From Macrostomum hystrix (Eukaryota; Animalia; Platyhelminthes), in the NCBI GenBank assembly GCA_950097015.1, contig CATNEN010000001.1, positions 2,976,001 to 3,040,000 of the forward strand: DNA of 64,000 bases. The letters run 5' to 3'. The notes under the pieces were generated by a model that was not told where the DNA came from, did not search any database, and was given only the letters and a program-made list of their open reading frames with translations. Each line of letters opens with the position of its first letter. Position 1 is the stretch's first letter. Positions 1-14,000 of this stretch are shown one piece after another. Position numbers and translations under genes: made by a program.

Positions 1-2783
1 TCACTAATCCTGTCAGTTTGCTAACACATCCCCTTAGTTCACTAATCCTGTCAGTTTGCTAACACATCGCCTTAGTTCACTAATCCTGTCAGTTTGCTAA
101 CACATCCCCTTAGTTCACTAATCCTGTCAGTTTGCTAACACATCGCCTTAGTTCACTAATCCTGTCAGTTTGCTAACACATCCCCTTAGTTCACTAATCC
201 TGTCAGTTTGCTAACACATCCCCTTAGTTCACTAATCCTGTCAGTTTGCTAACACATCCCCTTAGTTCACTAATCCTGTCAGTTTGCTAACACATCCCCT
301 TAGTTCACTAATCCTGTCAGTTTGCTAAAACACCCCTTAGTTCACTAATCCTGTCAGTTTGCTAACACATCGCCTTAGTTCACTAATCCTGTCAGTTTGC
401 TAACACAACCCTTAGTTCACTAATCCTGTCAGTTTGCTAACACAACCCTTAGTTCACTAATCCTGTCAGTTTGCTAACACATCCCCTTAGTTCACTAATC
501 CTGTCAGTTTGCTAACACAACCCCCTTAGTTCACTAATCCTGTCAGTTTGCTAACACATCCCCTTAGTTCACTAATCCTGTCAGTTTGCTAACACATCCC
601 CTTAGTTCACTAATCCTGTCAGTTTGCTAACACAACCCTTAGTTCACTAATCCTGTCAGTTTGCTAACACATCGCCTTAGTTCACTAATCCTGTCAGTTT
701 GCTAACACAACCCTTAGTTCACTAATCCTGTCAGTTTGCTAACACATCCCCTTAGTTCACTAATCCTGTCAGTTTGCTAACACAACCCCTTAGTTCACTA
801 ATCCTGTCAGTTTGCTAACACAACCCTTAGTTCACTAATCCTGTCAGTTTGCTAACACATCCCCTTAGTTCACTAATCCTGTCAGTTTGCTAACACAACC
901 CTTAGTTCACTAATCCTGTCAGTTTGCTAACACAACCCTTAGTTCACTAATCCTGTCAGTTTGCTAACACATCCCCTTAGTTCACTAATCCTGTCAGTTT
1001 GCTAACACATCCCCTTAGTTCACTAATCCTGTCAGTTTGCTAACACAACCCTTAGTTCACTAATCCTGCCAGTTTGCTAACACATCCCCTTAGTTCACTA
1101 ATCCTGTCAGTTTGCTAACACATCGCCTTAGTTCACTAATCCTGTCAGTTTGCTAACACAACCCTTAGTTCACTAATCCTGTCAGTTTGCTAACACAACC
1201 CTTAGTTCACTAATCCTGTCAGTTTGCTAACACAACCCTTAGTTCACTAATCCTGTCAGTTTGCTAACACATCCCCTTAGTTCACTAATCCTGTCAGTTT
1301 GCTAACACAACCCTTAGTTCACTAATCCTGTCAGTTTGCTAACACAACCCTTAGTTCACTAATCCTGTCAGTTTGCTAACACATCCCCTTAGTTCACTAA
1401 TCCTGTCAGTTTGCTAACACATCCCCTTAGTTCACTAATCCTGTCAGTTTGCTAACACAACCCTTAGTTCACTAATCCTGCCAGTTTGCTAACACATCCC
1501 CTTAGTTCACTAATCCTGTCAGTTTGCTAACACATCGCCTTAGTTCACTAATCCTGTCAGTTTGCTAACACAACCCTTAGTTCACTAATCCTGTCAGTTT
1601 GCTAACACAACCCTTAGTTCACTAATCCTGTCAGTTTGCTAACACAACCCTTAGTTCACTAATCCTGTCAGTTTGCTAACACATCCCCTTAGTTCACTAA
1701 TCCTGTCAGTTTGCTAACACATCGCCTTAGTTCACTAATCCTGTCAGTTTGCTAACACAACCCTTAGTTCACTAATCCTGTCAGTTTGCTAACACATCCC
1801 CTTAGTTCACTAATCCTGTCAGTTTGCTACCACAACCCCTTAGTTCACTAATCCTGTCAGTTTGCTAACACATCCCCTTAGTTCACTAATCCTGTCAGTT
1901 TGCTAACACATCCCCTTAGTTCACTAATCCTGTCAGTTTGCTAACACATCCCCTTAGTTCACTAATCCTGTCAGTTTGCTAACACAACCCTTAGTTCACT
2001 AATCCTGCCAGTTTGCTAACACATCCCCTTAGTTCACTAATCCTGTCAGTTTGCTAACACATCGCCTTAGTTCACTAATCCTGTCAGTTTGCTAACACAA
2101 CCCTTAGTTCACTAATCCTGTCAGTTTGCTAACACAACCCTTAGTTCACTAATCCTGTCAGTTTGCTAACACAACCCTTAGTTCACTAATCCTGTCAGTT
2201 TGCTAACACACCCCCTTAGTTCACTAATCCTGTCAGTTTGCTAACACATCCCCTTAGTTCACTAATCCTGTCAGTTTGCTAACACACCCCCTTAGTTCAC
2301 TAATCCTGTCAGTTTGCTAACACATCCCCTTAGTTCACTAATCCTGTCAGTTTGCTAACACATCCCCTTAGTTCACTAATCCTGTCAGTTTGCTAACACA
2401 TCCCCTTAGTTCACTAATCCTGTCAGTTTGCTAACACATCCCCTTAGTTCACTAATCCTGTCAGTTTGCTAACACATCGCCTTAGTTCACTAATCCTGTC
2501 AGTTTGCTAACACATCCCCTTAGTTCACTAATCCTGTCAGTTTGCTAACACATCCCCTTAGTTCACTAATCCTGTCAGTTTGCTAACACATCCCCTTAGT
2601 TCACTAATCCTGCCAGTTTGCTAACACATCCCCTTAGTTCACTAATCCTGTCAGTTTGCTAACACACCCCCTTAGTTCACTAATCCTGTCAGTTTGCTAA
2701 CACATCCCCTTAGTTCACTAATCCGGTCAGTTTGCTAACACATCCCCTTAGTTCACTAATCCGGTCAGTTTGCTAAAACACCT
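1..2783. repeat. 37/38-bp tandem satellite (TCACTAATCCTGTCAGTTTGCTAACACATCCCCTTAGT), about 73 copies, truncated by window start
   Basis: Direct head-to-tail repetition. Variation is concentrated in the segment ATCCC/ATCGC/AACC/ACCCC. There are no unique spacers. Confidence 0.98.
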
Positions 2784-3841
2784 AGTTACAGAATGTAAAT
2801 ATTTAAGAGTGGTGATTTGACAGTCATCTAAAAGAACCAATGTTGATTTATGAATCTCAAAGATTAAATCAATCAATAGGTACGAAGTTTTTTACCTAGG
2901 AAGTCGCATTCCACAAATATTGTACACACGAGTGTAAAGTGAATACTTGTAGAAATTACATTGACATCTTATCTATCTTATCGGTTACCATTCCTTAACG
3001 GTATTAAACGAAAAACAAACAAACCCATATTTTCAGCTACTCATAGTAGTTTGTTGTCTCTATTTTTTTAATCTTCAACATCAACATAAAAATTAGAACC
3101 ACATATGGAAAGCATTGAAGATTATATTATTTTTATAGTTCAGCTCATTATGATGTAAAATTACTGAAACCAGTAATGTTTAATGTTAGTATTACTCTAA
3201 TTTTACATAAAAAAGTTCGCTTGAATATAGAAATACAGTAAAGTTAAGCCGGCAATGAAGTTTCATGAATTGATGAATAAATTAAGCTTTAATAGAAAAT
3301 ACGCGTTTGAAAAGCAAGTCTACTGAAAGTAGTATGAAATATGCGTTATTTGCAAAAATGATCTCTCCCAAAAATTATGTTATATACAATTAGCTGATTA
3401 TCACATATAGAAAAATGTAAAGCTAATGGACAGAATTTTGGTGTTGCTAGAAGGACAAAAAACGTTTTCAAGAAAATATTATTCGTTTCAAACTGTTGAA
3501 ACAAATTTAAGTGTCTTCCTAATTAGGCACAATTAGACACAAGCAAATTATATAATCACTTAAAAAATAACGATTCATTCATTCACTAATTCTATCTACT
3601 AATAGTAGCAGCTGGAATACAAAATCTAAAAATGTACGAGTATGTTGCATTACATTAATTCTAGCAACCCCAAAAAGCAACCCCAAATTCTAGCAACCTC
3701 TTAACAACTCTTAATTGTTAGAAAATAAATCGGCAAATACACAAATACGCTTGGAAAATTCTATAGGAAAAATAACATCTGAATATCACACAAGTTATTA
3801 TAAAAATCTGACATACAAACTAAAACAAAACACTAACTATA

Positions 3842-4303
3842 GTATAGCTTTTGCCATTCAATCTCAGTGTTTTTTCATTCATACTCAGCCCCCATAGAAT
3901 TAATCCAGCCAGTTGGCGCGGTTTGGCCCATAGACTATCACATAGTCTAGCTGATTTTCTAGTCTTTCTAGTCTAGCATAGACTATCACATTCAATCTCG
4001 GGTTTTGTTATTTAAACTCAGGCTTTATAAGCTCGGTCTCTCAAACGCAGTCCTCCCAAAGACAGCTAAATTACAAATTTCTTCCATAGCATTTGCTTAC
4101 ATGGCCCAACTTACATGGGCCATATGCTTACATGGAGCGCCTGGGCCACGTTGCACTGGACACCCTGACGCCTCTGAAGGCCGCAAACTGGGAGATTGCC
4201 TGCATCCGACTGCATCCACGGTGCATTATGCAAATTCATTTTCTTTGAGTCACTGTTCTGATCCAAGACATTAAACACTGAGATTGAATGGCAAAAGTTA
4301 TAC
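3842..4303. mobile_element. Foldback/MITE-like element with 31-bp terminal inverted repeats
   Basis: 3842-3872 GTATAGCTTTTGCCATTCAATCTCAGTGTTT matches the reverse complement of 4273-4303 at 30/31. A partial third copy lies near 3990. No clear TSD. Confidence 0.6.
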
Positions 4304-4559
4304 CAAAACGAAGAACTAAATTTTGATCTTAGCCAAAAATAAAAGCTAGGGCATGCATTACGGATGTAGGCGGGAAAACTGTGATTTGAAATCACACGAT
4401 AAGCTTAATATGCTTTAGTAATATGCTTTTCTAATCAGTGCACTTTTCGCAATACGATAGAAGCTGGGGTTCTTTCAAATACAACTCGATAAGTACACAG
4501 AACACTAAACACTAAAAACTATTAGTTTGAGTAAGAAAATACGAGTATTAACAGTGAAC

Positions 4560-4928
4560 AGACCACAAGGGAATTTCAAATACCCAAAATATTCCAGTTT
4601 TCTGTATCTCCCAAAATATTCAACCAACGTCCATGAAAATTCAGAACAAGGTTTAAAATTTTCCACTCTATACGATGAAACAGTGTCAAGAATGACAAAA
4701 CATCTGCATCGTAAAGATATTCAACGATTCCCATCGAGGTGTCTGGTAGAAAAATGCCACCCTGTCGGCTACTATTGCTGACTATATTGTAATAGATTAT
4801 ATTATAAATCTTTTCGTTTCTGAACTAATGTAGATTCGGCAGTGGCTTTCACAGAAGCAATGTTAGTTGTCCTTGGTTTGGAGCTATCGTGAAGTAGGCA
4901 TTGGGTATTTGAAATGCCCAAGTGGTCT
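4560..4928. mobile_element. MITE-like element with about 28-bp terminal inverted repeats
   Basis: AGACCACAAGGGAATTTCAAATACCCAA (4560) versus TTGGGTATTTGAAATGCCCAAGTGGTCT (4901-4928): 25/28 complementary. The interior is non-coding. Confidence 0.6.
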
Positions 4929-5012
4929 TTCCCCAGGGGGGGGGAAATAGCATGGTCCTTCTACCGTTAAAAAAATCTATCGTTTTCAGTCGAACTTAAT
5001 GATGGTTCGAGT

Positions 5013-8000
5013 CTAGTTATCAGCAGACAACCGACTGGAGTCAGTAGTTACGATCAAAGCTGGCTGGACAACGCCATTGTCGATTGCAATGTCACCGCCA
5101 CCTTCGCCAAATTCAGCTTCGTAAGCTGGCGGATCATAATCGGCAATGCCTAGCAACAATTGCGCCTCGTCAAATTGATCGTCCGGAGGGGGTCCCAGGC
5201 CATCATCTGGATAAGAATACTGCTGCTGCTGCTGCTGCTGCTGAGTTTGAGCAGAATTATTGCCAATGAGAATATCGCCACTGTTAATGCTAATTCTACT
5301 GGATCCACCAAGACGAAACGGCCATAGAGTGCGGCGAGATCTGGACGATTGCGATCGACGATGACTATAACGGCGCTGGCGAGTGGAGGACGATGACGCA
5401 ACAGACTGTCGCAGGCGCCGAATATGATTCGGCTGGTGCAGACAGTTGAATGCCGCAGCCAGGATTGATAATAAACCGGCGGCGCCGATCAGGTAATAGC
5501 CTGAGCACAGGGCAACCGTCACCTGACTATTTGGGCGCAGCTGAGTAGCTTCCTGCATGCCCTGGATCAGCTCAGCTGCCCAGTAAGTCAGGCCGCATGC
5601 CGTCACGCAGACAAGACCTATGTGAGTAGTCAGTTGAGACATGTACTTTTGACTGCTGATTATAGTAGAACAGCAAGGAAATCAAGTAGTAAATAAATGG
5701 GAAGACTAGAATACGGGTGGGAATAGTAGGATAGGAGAGAAATGGGAATAGTAGGAGAGGAGAGAAATGGGAATAGTAGGAGAGGAGAGAAATGGGAATA
5801 GTAGGAGAGGAGAGAAATGGGAATAGTAGGAGAGGAGAGAAATGAGAATAGTAGGAGAGGAGAGAAATGAGAATAGTAGGAGAGGAGAGAAATGAGAATA
5901 GTAGGATAGGAGAGAAATGAGAATAATAGGAGAGGAGAGAAATGAGAATAGTAGGATAGGAGAGAAATGAGAATAGTAGGATAGGAGAGAAATGAGAATA
6001 GTAGGATAGGAGAGAAATGAGAATAATAGGAGAGGAGAGAAATGAGAATAGTAGGATAGGAGAGAAATGGGAATAGTAGGATAGGAGAGAAATGGGAATA
6101 GTAGGAGAGGAGAGAAATGGGAATAGTAGGAGAGGAGAGAAATGAGAATAGTAGGATAGGAGAGAAATGAGAATAATAGGAGAGGAGAGAAATGAGAATA
6201 GTAGGATAGGAGAGAAATGAGAATAGTAGGATAGGAGAGAAATGAGAATAGTAGGATAGGAGAGAAATGAGAATAATAGGAGAGGAGAGAAATGAGAATA
6301 GTAGGATAGGAGAGAAATGGGAATAGTAGGATAGGAGAGAAATGGGAATAGTAGGATAGGAGAGAAATGGGAATAGTAGGATAGGAGAGAAATGAGAATA
6401 GTAGGAGAGGAGAGAAATGAGAATAGTAGCATAGGAGAGAAATGAGAATAGTAGGATAGGAGAGAAATGGGAATAGTAGGATAGGAGAGAAATGAGAATA
6501 GTAGGATAGGAGAGAAATGAGAATAGTAGGATAGGAGAGAAATGAGAATAGTAGGATAGGAGAGAAATGAGAATAATAGGATAGGAGAGAAATGGGAATA
6601 GTAGGATAGGAGAGAAATGGGAATAGTAGGATAGGAGAGAAATGGGAATAGTAGGATAGGAGAGAAATGGGAATAATAGGAGAGGAGAGAAATGAGAATA
6701 GTAGGATAGGAGAGAAATGGGAATAGTAGGATAGGAGAGAAATGAGAATAGTAGGATAGGAGAGAAATGGGAATAATAGGAGAGGAGAGAAATGGGAATA
6801 GTAGGATAGGAGAGAAATGAGAATAATAGGAGGGGAGAGAAATGAGAATAGTAGGATAGGAGAGAAATGGGAATAGTAGGATAGGAGAGAAATGAGAATA
6901 GTAGGATAGGAGAGAAATGGGAATAATAGGAGAGGAGAGAAATGGGAATAGTAGGATAGGAGAGAAATGGGAATAGTAGGATAGGAGAGAAATGAGAATA
7001 GTAGGATAGGAGAGAAATGGGAATAGTAGGATAGGAGAGAAATGGGAATAGTAGGAGAGGAGAGAAATGGGAATAGTAGGAGAGGAGAGAAATGGGAATA
7101 GTAGGAGAGGAGAGAAATGGGAATAGTAGGAGAGGAGAGAAATGAGAATAGTAGGAGAGGAGAGAAATGAGAATAGTAGGAGAGGAGAGAAATGAGAATA
7201 GTAGGATAGGAGAGAAATGAGAATAATAGGAGAGGAGAGAAATGAGAATAGTAGGATAGGAGAGAAATGAGAATAGTAGGATAGGAGAGAAATGAGAATA
7301 GTAGGATAGGAGAGAAATGAGAATAGTAGGATAGGAGAGAAATGGGAATAGTAGGATAGGAGAGAAATGGGAATAGTAGGAGAGGAGAGAAATGGGAATA
7401 GTAGGAGAGGAGAGAAATGAGAATAGTAGGATAGGAGAGAAATGAGAATAATAGGAGAGGAGAGAAATGAGAATAGTAGGATAGGAGAGAAATGAGAATA
7501 GTAGGATAGGAGAGAAATGAGAATAGTAGGATAGGAGAGAAATGAGAATAATAGGAGAGGAGAGAAATGAGAATAGTAGGATAGGAGAGAAATGGGAATA
7601 GTAGGATAGGAGAGAAATGGGAATAGTAGGATAGGAGAGAAATGGGAATAGTAGGATAGGAGAGAAATGAGAATAGTAGGAGAGGAGAGAAATGAGAATA
7701 GTAGGATAGGAGAGAAATGAGAATAGTAGGATAGGAGAGAAATGGGAATAGTAGGATAGGAGAGAAATGAGAATAGTAGGATAGGAGAGAAATGAGAATA
7801 GTAGGATAGGAGAGAAATGGGAATAGTAGGATAGGAGAGAAATGGGAATAGTAGGAGAGGAGAGAAATGGGAATAGTAGGAGAGGAGAGAAATGGGAATA
7901 GTAGGAGAGGAGAGAAATGGGAATAGTAGGAGAGGAGAGAAATGAGAATAGTAGGAGAGGAGAGAAATGAGAATAGTAGGAGAGGAGAGAAATGAGAATA

Positions 8001-11000
8001 GTAGGATAGGAGAGAAATGAGAATAATAGGAGAGGAGAGAAATGAGAATAGTAGGATAGGAGAGAAATGAGAATAGTAGGATAGGAGAGAAATGAGAATA
8101 GTAGGATAGGAGAGAAATGAGAATAGTAGGATAGGAGAGAAATGGGAATAGTAGGATAGGAGAGAAATGGGAATAGTAGGAGAGGAGAGAAATGGGAATA
8201 GTAGGAGAGGAGAGAAATGAGAATAGTAGGATAGGAGAGAAATGAGAATAGTAGGATAGGAGAGAAATGAGAATAGTAGGATAGGAGAGAAATGAGAATA
8301 GTAGGATAGGAGAGAAATGAGAATAGTAGGATAGGAGAGAAATGAGAATAATAGGAGAGGAGAGAAATGAGAATAGTAGGATAGGAGAGAAATGGGAATA
8401 GTAGGATAGGAGAGAAATGGGAATAGTAGGATAGGAGAGAAATGGGAATAGTAGGATAGGAGAGAAATGAGAATAGTAGGAGAGGAGAGAAATGAGAATA
8501 GTAGGATAGGAGAGAAATGAGAATAGTAGGATAGGAGAGAAATGGGAATAGTAGGATAGGAGAGAAATGAGAATAGTAGGATAGGAGAGAAATGAGAATA
8601 GTAGGATAGGAGAGAAATGAGAATAGTAGGAGAGGAGAGAAATGAGAATAGTAGGATAGGAGAGAAATGAGAATAATAGGAGAGGAGAGAAATGAGAATA
8701 GTAGGATAGGAGAGAAATGGGAATAGTAGGATAGGAGAGAAATGGGAATAGTAGGATAGGAGAGAAATGGGAATAGTAGGATAGGAGAAAAATGAGAATA
8801 GTAGGATAGGAGAGAAATGGGAATAGTAGGATAGGAGAGAAATGGGAATAGTAGGATAGGAGAGAAATGGGAATAGTAGGATAGGAGAGAAATGAGAATA
8901 GTAGGATAGGAGAGAAATGAGAATAGTAGGATAGGAGAGAAATGAGAATAGTAGGATAGGAGAGAAATGGGAATAGTAGGATAGGAGAGAAATGGGAATA
9001 GTAGGAGAGGAGAGAAATGGGAATAGTAGGAGAGGAGAGAAATGGGAATAGTAGCATAGGAGAGAAATGAGAATAGTAGGATAGGAGAGAAATGGGAATA
9101 GTAGGATAGGAGAGAAATGAGAATAGTAGGATAGGAGAGAAATGGGAATAATAGGAGAGGAGAGAAATGGGAATAGTAGGATAGGAGAGAAATGAGAATA
9201 ATAGGAGAGGAGAGAAATGAGAATAGTAGGATAGGAGAGAAATGGGAATAGTAGGATAGGAGAGAAATGAGAATAGTAGGATAGGAGAGAAATGGGAATA
9301 ATAGGAGAGTAGAGAAATGGGAATAGTAGGATAGGAGAGAAATGAGAATAATAGGAGAGGAGAGAAATGAGAATAGTAGGATAGGAGAGAAATGGGAATA
9401 GTAGGATAGGAGAGAAATGAGAATAGTAGGATAGGAGAGAAATGGGAATAATAGGAGAGGAGAGAAATGGGAATAGTAGGATAGGAGAGAAATGGGAATA
9501 GTAGGATAGGAGAGAAATGAGAATAGTAGGATAGGAGAGAAATGGGAATAGTAGGATAGGAGAGAAATGGGAATAGTAGGATAGGAGAGAAATGGGAATA
9601 GTAGGATAGGAGAAAAATGAGAATAGTAGGATAGGAGAGAAATGGGAATAGTAGGATAGGAGAGAAATGGGAATAGTAGGATAGGAGAGAAATGGGAATA
9701 GTAGGATAGGAGAGAAATGAGAATAGTAGGATAGGAGAGAAATGAGAATAGTAGGATAGGAGAGAAATGAGAATAGTAGGATAGGAGAGAAATGGGAATA
9801 GTAGGATAGGAGAGAAATGGGAATAGTAGGAGAGGAGAGAAATGGGAATAGTAGGAGAGGAGAGAAATGGGAATAGTAGCATAGGAGAGAAATGAGAATA
9901 GTAGGATAGGAGAGAAATGGGAATAATAGGAGAGGAGAGAAATGGGAATAGTAGGATAGGAGAGAAATGGGAATAGTAGGATAGGAGAGAAATGAGAATA
10001 GTAGGATAGGAGAGAAATGGGAATAGTAGGATAGGAGAGAAATGGGAATAGTAGGATAGGAGAGAAATGAGAATAGTAGGATAGGAGAGAAATGAGAATA
10101 GTAGGATAGGAGAGAAATGGGAATAGTAGGATAGGAGAGAAATGAGAATAGTAGGATAGGAGAGAAATGGGAATAATAGGAGAGGAGAGAAATGGGAATA
10201 GTAGGATAGGAGAGAAATGAGAATAATAGGAGAGGAGAGAAATGAGAATAGTAGGATAGGAGAGAAATGGGAATAGTAGGATAGGAGAGAAATGAGAATA
10301 GTAGGATAGGAGAGAAATGGGAATAATAGGAGAGGAGAGAAATGGGAATAGTAGGATAGGAGAGAAATGGGAATAGTAGGATAGGAGAGAAATGAGAATA
10401 GTAGGATAGGAGAGAAATGGGAATAGTAGGATAGGAGAGAAATGGGAATAGTAGGAGAGGAGAGAAATGGGAATAGTAGGAGAGGAGAGAAATGGGAATA
10501 GTAGGAGAGGAGAGAAATGGGAATAGTAGGAGAGGAGAGAAATGAGAATAGTAGGAGAGGAGAGAAATGAGAATAGTAGGAGAGGAGAGAAATGAGAATA
10601 GTAGGATAGGAGAGAAATGAGAATAATAGGAGAGGAGAGAAATGAGAATAGTAGGATAGGAGAGAAATGAGAATAGTAGGATAGGAGAGAAATGAGAATA
10701 GTAGGATAGGAGAGAAATGAGAATAATAGGAGAGGAGAGAAATGAGAATAGTAGGATAGGAGAGAAATGGGAATAGTAGGATAGGAGAGAAATGGGAATA
10801 GTAGGAGAGGAGAGAAATGGGAATAGTAGGAGAGGAGAGAAATGAGAATAGTAGGATAGGAGAGAAATGAGAATAATAGGAGAGGAGAGAAATGAGAATA
10901 GTAGGATAGGAGAGAAATGAGAATAGTAGGATAGGAGAGAAATGAGAATAGTAGGATAGGAGAGAAATGAGAATAATAGGAGAGGAGAGAAATGGGAATA

Positions 11001-14000
11001 GTAGGATAGGAGAGAAATGGGAATAGTAGGATAGGAGAGAAATGGGAATAGTAGGATAGGAGAGAAATGAGAATAGTAGGATAGGAGAGAAATGAGAATA
11101 GTAGGATAGGAGAGAAATGAGAATAGTAGGATAGGAGAGAAATGGGAATAGTAGGATAGGAGAGAAATGGGAATAGTAGGAGAGGAGAGAAATGGGAATA
11201 GTAGGAGAGGAGAGAAATGGGAATAGTAGCATAGGAGAGAAATGAGAATAGTAGGATAGGAGAGAAATGGGAATAATAGGAGAGGAGAGAAATGGGAATA
11301 GTAGGATAGGAGAGAAATGGGAATAGTAGGATAGGAGAGAAATGAGAATAGTAGGATAGGAGAGAAATGGGAATAGTAGGATAGGAGAGAAATGGGAATA
11401 GTAGGATAGGAGAGAAATGAGAATAGTAGGATAGGAGAGAAATGAGAATAGTAGGATAGGAGAGAAATGGGAATAGTAGGATAGGAGAGAAATGAGAATA
11501 GTAGGATAGGAGAGAAATGGGAATAATAGGAGAGGAGAGAAATGGGAATAGTAGGATAGGAGAGAAATGAGAATAATAGGAGAGGAGAGAAATGAGAATA
11601 GTAGGATAGGAGAGAAATGGGAATAGTAGGATAGGAGAGAAATGAGAATAGTAGGATAGGAGAGAAATGGGAATAATAGGAGAGTAGAGAAATGGGAATA
11701 GTAGGATAGGAGAGAAATGAGAATAATAGGAGAGGAGAGAAATGAGAATAGTAGGATAGGAGAGAAATGGGAATAGTAGGATAGGAGAGAAATGAGAATA
11801 GTAGGATAGGAGAGAAATGGGAATAATAGGAGAGGAGAGAAATGGGAATAGTAGGATAGGAGAGAAATGGGAATAGTAGGATAGGAGAGAAATGAGAATA
11901 GTAGGATAGGAGAGAAATGGGAATAGTAGGATAGGAGAGAAATGGGAATAGTAGGATAGGAGAGAAATGGGAATAGTAGGATAGGAGAAAAATGAGAATA
12001 GTAGGATAGGAGAGAAATGGGAATAGTAGGATAGGAGAGAAATGGGAATAGTAGGATAGGAGAGAAATGGGAATAGTAGGATAGGAGAGAAATGAGAATA
12101 GTAGGATAGGAGAGAAATGAGAATAGTAGGATAGGAGAGAAATGAGAATAGTAGGATAGGAGAGAAATGGGAATAGTAGGATAGGAGAGAAATGGGAATA
12201 GTAGGAGAGGAGAGAAATGGGAATAGTAGGAGAGGAGAGAAATGGGAATAGTAGCATAGGAGAGAAATGAGAATAGTAGGATAGGAGAGAAATGGGAATA
12301 ATAGGAGAGGAGAGAAATTGGAATAGTAGGATAGGAGAGAAATGGGAATAGTAGGATAGGAGAGAAATGAGAATAGTAGGATAGGAGAGAAATGGGAATA
12401 GTAGGATAGGAGAGAAATGGGAATAGTAGGATAGGAGAGAAATGAGAATAGTAGGATAGGAGAGAAATGAGAATAGTAGGATAGGAGAGAAATGGGAATA
12501 GTAGGATAGGAGAGAAATGAGAATAGTAGGATAGGAGAGAAATGGGAATAATAGGAGAGGAGAGAAATGGGAATAGTAGGATAGGAGAGAAATGAGAATA
12601 ATAGGAGAGGAGAGAAATGAGAATAGTAGGATAGGAGAGAAATGGGAATAGTAGGATAGGAGAGAAATGAGAATAGTAGGATAGGAGAGAAATGGGAATA
12701 ATAGGAGAGGAGAGAAATGGGAATAGTAGGAGAGGAGAGAAATGAGAATAGTAGGAGAGGAGAGAAATGAGAATAGTAGGAGAGGAGAGAAATGAGAATA
12801 GTAGGATAGGAGAGAAATGAGAATAATAGGAGAGGAGAGAAATGAGAATAGTAGGATAGGAGAGAAATGAGAATAGTAGGATAGGAGAGAAATGGGAATA
12901 GTAGGATAGGAGAGAAATGGGAATAGTAGGATAGGAGAGAAATGAGAATAGTAGGATAGGAGAGAAATGAGAATAGTAGGATAGGAGAGAAATGGGAATA
13001 GTAGGATAGGAGAGAAATGAGAATAGTAGGATAGGAGAGAAATGGGAATAATAGGAGAGGAGAGAAATGGGAATAGTAGGATAGGAGAGAAATGAGAATA
13101 ATAGGAGAGGAGAGAAATGAGAATAGTAGGATAGGAGAGAAATGGGAATAGTAGGATAGGAGAGAAATGAGAATAGTAGGATAGGAGAGAAATGGGAATA
13201 ATAGGAGAGGAGAGAAATGGGAATAGTAGGAGAGGAGAGAAATGAGAATAGTAGGAGAGGAGAGAAATGAGAATAGTAGGAGAGGAGAGAAATGAGAATA
13301 GTAGGATAGGAGAGAAATGAGAATAATAGGAGAGGAGAGAAATGAGAATAGTAGGATAGGAGAGAAATGAGAATAGTAGGATAGGAGAGAAATGGGAATA
13401 GTAGGATAGGAGAGAAATGGGAATAGTAGGATAGGAGAGAAATGAGAATAGTAGGATAGGAGAGAAATGAGAATAGTAGGATAGGAGAGAAATGGGAATA
13501 GTAGGATAGGAGAGAAATGAGAATAGTAGGATAGGAGAGAAATGGGAATAATAGGAGAGGAGAGAAATGGGAATAGTAGGATAGGAGAGAAATGAGAATA
13601 ATAGGAGAGGAGAGAAATGAGAATAGTAGGATAGGAGAGAAATGGGAATAGTAGGATAGGAGAGAAATGAGAATAGTAGGATAGGAGAGAAATGGGAATA
13701 ATAGGAGAGGAGAGAAATGGGAATAGTAGGAGAGGAGAGAAATGAGAATAGTAGGAGAGGAGAGAAATGAGAATAGTAGGAGAGGAGAGAAATGAGAATA
13801 GTAGGATAGGAGAGAAATGAGAATAATAGGAGAGGAGAGAAATGAGAATAGTAGGATAGGAGAGAAATGAGAATAGTAGGATAGGAGAGAAATGGGAATA
13901 GTAGGATAGGAGAGAAATGGGAATAGTAGGATAGGAGAGAAATGAGAATAGTAGGATAGGAGAGAAATGAGAATAGTAGGATAGGAGAGAAATGGGAATA

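Noticed and set aside
1-2783. CRISPR-like or telomeric array
   Set aside because: Units abut with no unique spacers, there are no cas genes, and the context is eukaryotic. CCCTTA is not a tandem CCCTAA telomere repeat.
4157-4171. 15-bp inverted match to 59870-59884 (GCGTCAGGGTGTCCA)
   Set aside because: It does not extend convincingly, and a match of this length is plausible by chance in a window of this size.
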